Notes under the pieces: model-generated | Databases searched by the model: none | What the model was told of the DNA's origin: nothing | The model's input: only the letters and a program-made list of their open reading frames with translations | Made by a program: the position numbers and the translations under genes | DNA from: an uncultured Acidobacteriaceae bacterium | Lineage (GTDB): Bacteria > Acidobacteriota > Terriglobia > Terriglobales > Acidobacteriaceae | Reading direction: 5' to 3' | DNA length: 64,000 nt | Assembly (NCBI GenBank): GCA_963749295.1 | Contig: CAVVMQ010000007.1 | Location: 17,708-81,707 of the forward strand | Shown here: positions 56,028 to 64,000 of the stretch, in pieces | Position numbering within the stretch: the first letter of the stretch is position 1 | How the letters are laid out: each line of letters begins with the position of its first letter

Positions 56028-56822
56028 TCAAATCAGCAACTCACCCCGCAGAGTAAGCACCGCATTCCCCTTGAGAATCACGCGCCCGGCTGCGACCTCG
56101 CACCAGATTTCGCCGCCACGCTCCGAGACCTGGCGCGCGTGCAGGCTCGATTTGCCCAGCCGCTGCGCCCAATACGGCGCCAATGAGCAGTGAGTCGAGC
56201 CGGTCACGGGATCTTCCGGAATGCCATAGCTAGGGGCAAAGTAGCGAGAGACAAAATCGGCATCGTCGCCCGGAGCCGTGATCGCAACTCCCGCGGGATG
56301 AAGTTTTTCGAGCAAATGGAAGTCAGGACGAACCCGCCTCACATCCTCCTCGCGCTCATACACCGCGAAGTAGTTGTCTTCGATCTGCATCACCGCACCG
56401 GAAGTTTTGCCCAAACCCTCGATCAACGCCGCAGGCGGACTTGCGCAGGTCCACGGCGCAAGCAAGGGAAAGTCCATAGACAGCATGTCGCCGTCACGGG
56501 AAACGGTAAGTGCGCCACTGAAACGAGTTTCAAAGCGCACCGAATCGCGGCCAGCCTCCAGAATTTGCAACACCACAAATCCGGAAGCCAGGGTCGCATG
56601 TCCACATAGCTTCACCTCGCAACGCGGCGTGAACCAGCGCAATTCGTAATCGCGATGATCGCCGAGAGGCACGAAAAATGCCGTCTCCGAAAGATTATTT
56701 TCGGCTGCGACCGCTTGCAGCAAGCTGTCATCTAACCACCCTGCAAGCGGACAAACCGCGGCCGGGTTTCCGCCGAAAGGCCTGCCGGTGAAAGCGTCAA
56801 CGTGAAACATCTGTAGGGACAT
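56028..56822 (-). CDS. PhzF family isomerase
   Basis: The ATG at 56822 gives MSLQMFHVDAFTGRPFGGNPAAV..., then ETAF, CGHATLA and TGSTHC motifs. The remainder of ORF 56028-57374 is antisense to egtB. Confidence 0.9.
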   Translation of the reverse strand: MSLQMFHVDAFTGRPFGGNPAAVCPLAGWLDDSLLQAVAAENNLSETAFFVPLGDHRDYELRWFTPRCEVKLCGHATLASGFVVLQILEAGRDSVRFETRFSGALTVSRDGDMLSMDFPLLAPWTCASPPAALIEGLGKTSGAVMQIEDNYFAVYEREEDVRRVRPDFHLLEKLHPAGVAITAPGDDADFVSRYFAPSYGIPEDPVTGSTHCSLAPYWAQRLGKSSLHARQVSERGGEIWCEVAAGRVILKGNAVLTLRGELLI

Positions 56823-56930
56823 CACCCTATGGTACTCGGGCGGCCAAGGGGGATAGAATCCTACGCACCTGCGCCAGCCACCGCCAGGACGGTCCGGTTG
56901 CCGCCAACTTATTCGTAGCTCACCACGAGC

Positions 56931-58324
56931 TTGGAGATGGGAATGCCAGCCACGCAGACCGATTCCGTCATCCGCAAAGATAAAGATAAAGATAACGACG
57001 TGATCGAGCAACTCGCCGACGCGCGTCAACGCACCGACGACCTGTTCGCAGTGATCAACCCTGATGCCCTGTACGAACGCCCGATCGCCGAGCGTCACCG
57101 CATCATCTTCTATATCGGACATCTCGAAGCCTTCGATTGGAACCTGTTCCACGAACGCGCGCTTGGACTGAAGAGCTTTCATCCCGAGTTTGACCGGCTC
57201 TTCGCCTTCGGCATCGACCCGCTTGGCGGGGGGCTGCCCACCGATCAGCCTTCGGACTGGCCCAGGATCTCCGCGGTACAAGACTACGTCGCAAAAATCC
57301 GCGCAGTCCTCGAACGTCAAGCTTGCCGACGCACTCACCGATTCCAGTGTTTCCAACCAGCGACGGATTTCCACTAACCACTCTGCTCAACGTGGCCATC
57401 GAGCATCGCCTCATGCACGCGGAAACGCTGGCCTACATGCTGCATCAGTTGCCGCCGGATCGCAAAGTGAGGCAGTCCGAAATCCTGACCAGCGTTACTT
57501 CGCCTTCGGGTCACAACAATGTGGATCACGGCAACGTTGAGATTCCCGCGGGCACGGCCACGCTCGGACTCGCGCGCGACGGCGGCGTGTTCGGCTGGGA
57601 CAACGAGTTTGAAGCTCACACCGTCGATGTCCCCGCATTTGCCATGGATCGCTACAAAGTGACGAACCAGCAGTATCTCGAATTCATGAATGCAGGCGGG
57701 TACGAAACCCGCGCTCTCTGGGGCGACGGTGACAAGCATGAAGACTGGCAGTGGATATCCGCCCATGGAATTTCGCACCCGGCTTTCTGGAAGCGCACGA
57801 ACTACCAGTGGCTGTATCGCACGATGTTCGACGACGTCCCGCTGCCGCTGGATTGGCCAGTCTACGTAAGTCAGGCAGAAGCGAAAGCCTACGCCCGCTG
57901 GGCAGGGAAGTCGTTGCCCACCGAAGCCGAGTGGCAGCGTGCGGCATACGCCACGAATTACAGCGGCGAGCGAGCATATCCCTGGGGAGAAAAAACTCCA
58001 GACGCCACACGCGGCAATTTTGATTTCGCCCGCTGGAGCCCCATGCCGGTGAATGCGTTTCCTGAAGGCCGCAGCGCCTTCGGCGTTCACGGCATGTTGG
58101 GCAATGGCTGGGAGTGGACGTCCACCGAGTTCGCTCCTTTCCCGGGATTCGAACCGTTTCCGTTCTACCGCGGTTACTCCGCCGATTTCTTCGACGGCAA
58201 ACACTTCGTTCTGAAAGGCGGATCGGCGCGCACCGCGGCCTGCATGTTGCGGCGCACATTCCGCAACTGGTTCCAGGCGCACTACCAGTTTGCCTACACC
58301 GGCTTTCGTTGCGTAAGCCGCTGA
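56931..58324 (+). pseudogene. egtB: ergothioneine biosynthesis sulfoxide synthase EgtB (DinB_2 + FGE-sulfatase domains), frameshifted at 57310-57375 as sequenced
   Basis: Fragment 56931-57377 has the DinB-like IFYIGHLEAFDW. Fragment 57323-58324 has IEHRLMHAETLAYML and the FGE-type GNGWEWTS...GGS. Confidence 0.85.
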
Positions 58325-58388
58325 TCGTCTAACAAAGATCGTCTAACGAAGATCACTGAACGGCAATCGTCAGCAAGGAGATGTCAAC

Positions 58389-59357
58389 ATGCTGGTTCAA
58401 ACTATCACTCCAAACACGACCTATGAATTCGCAGCCGATGTACACGCTGGGCTCACCAAGCCGGGCCAGAAGGAACTGCTATCGAAATATCTGTACGACG
58501 ACGTAGGTTCCGCCCTGTTCGAAGTGATCAGCCACCTGCCCGAGTACGGACTTACCCGCGCCGATGAGCGCCTGCTGCGGCGGCACAGTCATGACATCGT
58601 CGATCGGTTGGCCACTCCGGTTTCCGTGGCCGAACTCGGCAGCGGCAGCGGCCGAAAAACTCGCCACATCCTCGAAGCGCTCTGCCGCCGCCAGCGCACC
58701 GCCTACTATCCTATCGAGATTTCCCCGTCCGCTCTCGCCATGTGCGAACGCGAACTCCGCGACATCGAGTCCATCAGCATTCTGGGCTTCGAGCGCGAAT
58801 ATCTCGACGGACTGCTGGAAGTGGCGGCGCACCGCTCGAACGGCCAGCATCTTCTTGTGTTGTTCCTCGGAAGCACGATTGGGAATTTCGATCGCCCCGC
58901 CGGCATTCAGTTTCTTGCCGAAGTTCGCCGCATTCTCCTCCCCGGAGATTCACTTCTCCTCGGCACCGATCTGGAGAAATCGAGCTCTCAGTTGCTGGGG
59001 GCCTATGACGACGAACTGGGAGTGACCGCAGCCTTTAACTTGAATCTGCTGGCGCGCATCAATCGCGAACTCGATGCCGATTTCAACCTTGCGCAGTTTG
59101 AGCACGTCGCCAGAATCAATCACGAAGCCCGCAGCGTCGAGATGCATGTGCGGTCCAAGTGCCGCCAGAGGGTGCATGTTCCCGCCGCCGAGCTTCTCGT
59201 CGAGTTTATCGAGGGCGAAACCATCTGGACCGAAAGCAGCCACAAATATTCGCCGGAAGAAATTTCTCCCATGGCCCGCACCGCCGGCTTCTGCTGCGCA
59301 GCCCAATGGATCGATGAACAGTGGCCCTTCGCGGAAAACCTGCTAATAGCACAATAG
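58389..59357 (+). CDS. egtD: L-histidine N-alpha-methyltransferase EgtD
   Basis: YLYDDVGSALFEVISHLPEYGLTRAE-like motif and ELGSGSGRKT; SD AAGGAG lies 8 nt upstream. Confidence 0.9.
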   Translation: MLVQTITPNTTYEFAADVHAGLTKPGQKELLSKYLYDDVGSALFEVISHLPEYGLTRADERLLRRHSHDIVDRLATPVSVAELGSGSGRKTRHILEALCRRQRTAYYPIEISPSALAMCERELRDIESISILGFEREYLDGLLEVAAHRSNGQHLLVLFLGSTIGNFDRPAGIQFLAEVRRILLPGDSLLLGTDLEKSSSQLLGAYDDELGVTAAFNLNLLARINRELDADFNLAQFEHVARINHEARSVEMHVRSKCRQRVHVPAAELLVEFIEGETIWTESSHKYSPEEISPMARTAGFCCAAQWIDEQWPFAENLLIAQ

Positions 59358-59377
59358 CTGCTCGCAGCTCCGGCTGA

Positions 59378-59425
59378 TGTGGGGACGGGCGCATTCGCCC
59401 GTCCGCGAGCGAAGCGAGCGCGCCT
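59378..59425. repeat. REP-like element gtggggacgggcgcattcgcccgtcc gcgagcgaagcgagcgcg
   Basis: Hairpin ggacgggcg-cat-tcgcccgtcc. Same family as 55853. Confidence 0.45.
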
Positions 59426-59607
59426 TCTTCTGCGCAACGCCAACTATCGGTTACTCGAGCGCGATCCATGTGTTCTCCGCTGAAATAAGAATTCCCACAT
59501 TCTCTCAAGCAGAAGTAAAACTTTGTAAATCCTGCGGTTTTGTGCGATGGCCCATGTACATTAATAAATGGATGAATGAGCAGATGAACAAAGGGTATTT
59601 GAGCGCG

Positions 59608-60882
59608 ATGACGCACCGGCTTCTGGCCATCGCGCTCTGTGCCGCATGTGCAGGCGGCTTTTGTGCGGCTCCCTTCTGCTACGCGATGCCGTCCAGTCAG
59701 CAAACTCAGGGAACGGCCGCGCCCCGGGCCGTCGCCAAGCGCATCGGCGTGATCAAAGCCATCAATGGAACCGAGATCACGTTGACCCCGGATTCTGGCC
59801 CGGACGTCAAAATTATTGTTCAGGCCGCAACGCAAATCGTCCGCTTTGCACCAGGCGAGACGAATGTGAACAACGCCACGCCCATCCAATTGCAGGATTT
59901 GCAGGTTGGGGACCACATCCGTGCCACGGGCTGGGCCGCTGACGATAACCTGCCCCTTCCCGTTTTGAAGGTTGTAGTGATGAAGCACTCCGACCTGGAA
60001 GCACGTCATCAGCAGGATTTGCAAGACTGGCAGAAGCGTGGAGTGGGTGGGTTGGTCAGTGCCGTGGATCCCGCGGCGGGAACTGTCACCATCTCTATCG
60101 CCAGCTTCACCGCAAGAAAGAACATCGTCATTCATGCCTCTAAGACCACGGTGATTCGCCGCTACCCTCCCGACTCCTGGCAGTTTGACGATGCCAAGGA
60201 TAGCACCCTTCAGCAGATACATCCCGACGACCAGCTGAGTGCTCGTGGCGATCGCAATGCCGATGGCACTGAGTTGACAGCCGAGGAAATTGTTTCGGGA
60301 GAATTTCGCAACGTTGCCGGCACCGTCAGCTCCGTCGATGCAAGTTCGTCGACGCTCAGCGTTCAGGATTTGTTGTCGAAAAAAACAGTGCTAGTTAAGA
60401 TTGCGCGGGATTCTCTACTTCGCCAGGTGCCCCCGGAGATGGCGCTGCAGATTGCAACGCGCTGGAAGACGGCGGCCGCCGGAGGTACAGCCGCCGCGTC
60501 GGGAGGAACGCGTAACCTAGGTTCCGGCCAACCTGCGGCGACGGGCCAGAATGCGAGTCCAACGGCTTCTGCCGGAGGAACCTCTGAAGGCGGGACGGGC
60601 GCTAGAGCGAGTGGCATGGGCGGGCGTTCCGGCGGCGCTCCGGATTTTCAGCAGATGATCAACCGCATGCCAGCTTTCTCTCTAGCCGAACTGCATAAAG
60701 GCGATGCGGTGATGATTGTCGCGACGGAGGGTACATCCTCGGAGGCAGGCACCGCGATCAAGCTCATCAGTGGCGTTGAACCGATTTTGCGCGCCGCACC
60801 CAGTGCCATCGCCGCTCAGTCCATGATGCTTGGCTCTTGGAGCCTTGGTGGCGCTCCCGCCGGTGACTCTGGGGGTCCTTAA
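59608..60882 (+). CDS. secreted hypothetical protein with repeated small beta domains and a Gly/Ala/Ser-rich linker
   Basis: The ATG at 59608 gives signal peptide MTHRLLAIALCAACAGGFCAAPFCYA (earlier in-frame ATGs exist). Repeated 'G.V..VD....T.TV' modules. Confidence 0.6.
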   Translation: MTHRLLAIALCAACAGGFCAAPFCYAMPSSQQTQGTAAPRAVAKRIGVIKAINGTEITLTPDSGPDVKIIVQAATQIVRFAPGETNVNNATPIQLQDLQVGDHIRATGWAADDNLPLPVLKVVVMKHSDLEARHQQDLQDWQKRGVGGLVSAVDPAAGTVTISIASFTARKNIVIHASKTTVIRRYPPDSWQFDDAKDSTLQQIHPDDQLSARGDRNADGTELTAEEIVSGEFRNVAGTVSSVDASSSTLSVQDLLSKKTVLVKIARDSLLRQVPPEMALQIATRWKTAAAGGTAAASGGTRNLGSGQPAATGQNASPTASAGGTSEGGTGARASGMGGRSGGAPDFQQMINRMPAFSLAELHKGDAVMIVATEGTSSEAGTAIKLISGVEPILRAAPSAIAAQSMMLGSWSLGGAPAGDSGGP

Positions 60883-60959
60883 GTTTTGTTTTTCTCGCAA
60901 TCCGAGTGCCGCGTCCGAGATTTATACCGAAGCCTCATATCATGGAATGGAATCGTAGA

Positions 60960-63900
60960 ATGAATCGTAGCTGTCTTTATTGCGCGCTCTGTCTCGCACT
61001 CATTTTCTCGCTGCAGTTTTGCGCCATACCAGCTGTATCGCAAACCGCCGCGCCCCAGGCCGCCGCTCCCGGCATCTTACGCGGTCAAGTAACCGACCCC
61101 TCCGGGGCCGCCATCGCCAAAGCCGATGTCATCATGACGCCGGCGGCCACGTCTTCGACTCCCATCAAAACGCAAACCGACGGGCAGGGCGCGTATGAAT
61201 TCAAAACGCTGGCCGCCGGTCAGTACTCGTTGACCGTTGTCGCTCAGGGATTCGCCCTCTATGAAAACGACAACGTGGTCATCACCAGCGGTCAGCCCCT
61301 GCGCCTCAACGTCGCGATGACCATCCAGGTCGAGGAGCAGAAGATCCAGGTGTCCGATACCGTGCCGACCGTAGATGTGAATCCCGCAAACAACGCCGGG
61401 GCCATAATCATCTCGGGTAAAGAACTCGACGCGCTGCCCGACGATCCCGACGAATTGCTGACTGACTTGCAGGCGCTGGCCGGGCCTTCCGCGGGACCGA
61501 ACGGCGGTCAGCTCTACATCGACGGTTTCACGGCCGGTCAGCTTCCTCCGAAGTCGTCGATTCGCGAGATTCGCATCAATCAGAATCCGTTCTCGGCGGA
61601 ATACGACAAGCTCGGCTACGGCCGGATTGAAATCTTTACCAAGCCGGGCACGGACAAATTTCATGGCCAGTTCATGGTCAACGGGAACGATTCGGCATTC
61701 AATTCCTCCGACCCGTTTGCCGGGGCTGAGCCAAACTATGACTCTGTGCAGTACAGCGGAAACATTGGCGGCCCGATCAATAAGAAGTCGTCCTTCTTTG
61801 TCAACGTCGATCACAGAAATATCAACGACATCGCCGCCATCGATGCCCAGACTCTCGATCAGAACCTGAGTCCTGTTCAGACCCTCGAGTCCATACCCAC
61901 CCCCCGCCAGCGCACTAACATCAGCGGGCGCCTGGACTATGGGTTCACCAAGAACAACACGCTGACCGCGCGATACCAATACTACCGCGACACGCAGACG
62001 AATAACGGCATTGGCCAAACCACCTTGCCCACGCAGGCATACGACTCCACGTCCACCGAGCACACGCTGCAGATCGGTGACACCCAGGTCTTCGGCGCGA
62101 AAGTGGTCAACGAAACGCGCTTTCAGTATCTCCGCGACAACAGCGGCTTAACATCATTGGATACGAATCCGCAGGTCACCGTACCCGGCGCATTTACCGG
62201 CGGCGGCAACGGCACCATCAGCGCCGACCACCAGGATCACTACGAACTGCAGAACTATACCTCCGTGATTCACGGCAATCACACCATCAAGTTTGGAGTC
62301 CGTCTGCGCGCCTTGCGCGATGACAGCAATTCGAACGCGGGCTTCAACGGAACATTCACATTCTCGTCCCTGAACCGGACAACAGATACTCCGGCCAATT
62401 GCGCGACTGATCTTCAAACCAACCCTAACCCCGACCCACCCTGTCCCATCTCTCTTGCATTTGCCCTGGCGCAGATACAGAACTCCGGCGGGCAACGGTG
62501 GCGCGCCTCCGTTCGCAACCCAATTGACGTTCACCCAAGGCTCTCCCCTTGCCAGCGTCACAACCTACGACGCCGGCCTCTATGTGCAGGATGATTGGAA
62601 AGTCCGGTCAAACCTCACGGTCAGCTTTGGTCTGCGCTACGAAACCCAAAACCATATCCGTGATCATGTAGATCTAGCGCCGCGGTTGGGCGTCGCGTGG
62701 GGCGTCGGCGGAAAGAGTGGTCCCCCCATCGTGGTGATTCGCGGCGGAGCGGGCATCTTCTATGACCGGTTCCAATCGATGCAGATCCTGCAGGCCGAGC
62801 GGCTGAACGGCATCACCCAGCAGCAGTTCGTCATCAACAATCCCACCTGTTTTACCGGAGTCGACACCGCGCCTCTCAACCCCTCTTTTTCGAACTGTGG
62901 AACGGTGAGTTCCAGCACTTCCACCATCTATCAGATAAATCCCTCACTCTACGCGCCCTACACGCTGCAATCCGCCATCAGCGTCGAGCGGCAACTCACC
63001 AAGTCTGCCACTCTCTCCGTCACGTATCTGAATTCGCGCGGCTTCGATCAACTGCTCAGCATCAATGCCAACGCGCCCCTCCCGGGCACACCCTGCAGTC
63101 CCTGCCTGCGGCCCAACCCAAACGGCGGCAACATCTACCAGTACGTCTCCGAAGGAGTGTTCCGCCAGAACCAGCTCATCGTGAACACTAATATTCGCGC
63201 CAGCACCAAGCTGCAGCTGTTTGGCTACTACACGCTCAACTACGCCAACAGCGATACTTCCGGGGTCTCAAGTTTTGCGTCAAACTCTTACGACATCAGC
63301 CAGGACTACGGCCGGGCATCGTTCGACACCCGCCACCGCCTGTTTCTAGGCGGCTCCATCGCCATGCCTTACGCCCTTCGTCTCAGCCCATTCCTGGTGG
63401 CGAGTTCCGGCTCACCCTTCAACATTCTCACCAGCACCGACTTGAACGGTGACTCGATTTTCAACGACCGGCCCGGCCTGCTCTCCACGGCTACCTGTCC
63501 CACCACCGTATCTCCGGGGGCAGGATCGTCGGTTTATTGCACGCCCTTGGGAACGTTCGACGCTTCACCAACGGCAGGCGAAAAGCTGGTCCCGATTAAC
63601 TACGGCACCGGCCCGGCGCATGTCAGCCTTAACCTGCGGCTAAGCAAGACGTTCGGCTTTGGCCCCAAAGTAAAAGGCACGGGCAACCGGGGCGACCAGG
63701 GTAATCAGGGTAACCAGGGTAACCAGGGTGGCCCGGGCGGCGGTGGTGGCGGCGGCGGTCGAGGTGGGGGTGGTCCGCGCGGTCCGCTGTTCGGCGGCGG
63801 GGGCGGCCCCATGATGGGAGGCGGCGGTTCCGATCGCCGTTACAGCTTCACGCTGAGTGCTTCAGCCCGCAACGTGTTCAACAAGGTGAACCTTGCCAAT

Positions 63901-64000
63901 CCGGGCGGCGTCCTGGGATCGCCTTTCTTCGACAAATACAATGGTCTTTTCGGCGGGCCCTTCTCCACCGGAGTAGCCGTTCGCCGCATCGATCTGCAGG
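60960..64000 (+). pseudogene. CarboxypepD_reg-domain TonB-dependent receptor-like outer-membrane protein, +1 frameshift at 62487-62493 as sequenced; 3' end beyond the window
   Basis: Signal peptide from the ATG at 60960, then GILRGQVTDPSGAAIAKADV. The frame-0 ORF ends at 62594, but from 62491 the next frame reads GNGGAPPFATQLTFTQGSPLASVTTYDAGLYVQDDWKV...LRYETQ... with no stop through 64000. Confidence 0.85.

Noticed and set aside
56823-57374. N-terminal 184 aa of the 448-aa minus-strand ORF 56028-57374
   Set aside because: It is antisense to egtB. PhzF-family homology begins only at the internal ATG at 56822 (MSLQMFHVDAF).

Overview
This is a 64-kb bacterial chromosomal segment of about 60% GC. 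Several genes and the intergenic repeat families suggest a soil Acidobacteriota-like genome; this is inference and was not verified. The suggestive genes are a CarboxypepD_reg-type TonB-dependent receptor with a Gly-rich insert, a BNR/sortilin-like Asp-box protein, a Ser/Thr kinase fused to a TolB-like propeller, and a two-gene egtB-egtD pathway. I can support about 58 protein-coding genes, one tRNA-Arg(CCU), one fluoride riboswitch, a few terminators and operators, and many short repeats. I saw no rRNA, CRISPR array, transposase, integrase or prophage genes. Housekeeping genes include purQ, yebC, tlyA, nadK, lysA, hpt, ispA, xseB, a MetH-N/MetF fusion, PPK2, a CstB-like persulfide dioxygenase and an Opu-type ABC importer. 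Signalling genes include a STAS protein, two PP2C phosphatases, a PAS-GGDEF-EAL protein, a Ser/Thr kinase, REC-like proteins, Fur and a VapBC pair. The main observations are: (1) An overlapping three-gene unit at 13.8-16.0 kb encodes a Pro-rich repeat protein plus two HxD...H dioxygenase-like proteins. (2) A minus-strand operon joined by ATGA overlaps encodes a 51-aa basic micro-ORF (below the ORF-track cutoff), a REC-like protein and an RRM RNA-binding protein. (3) Intergenic hairpins whose arms are tandem heptanucleotide repeats occur at five loci, and adjacent CDSs stop at or inside several of them. (4) Tandem duplications of 13-16 nt sit exactly on start or stop codons at four gene boundaries, including a 3 x 13-nt array at the vapB/vapC junction. 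(5) A perfect 9-1-9 Fur-box palindrome lies in front of an operon of fur and two zinc-ribbon/DUF4870 genes. (6) A fluoride riboswitch with an explicit SD-sequestering helix controls crcB, a DUF190 gene and a PIG-L deacetylase gene. (7) At least ten genes, including lysA and egtB, are broken by single-base frameshifts as sequenced. This most likely reflects assembly indels, except perhaps in the 9-12.7 kb stretch, which looks degraded.
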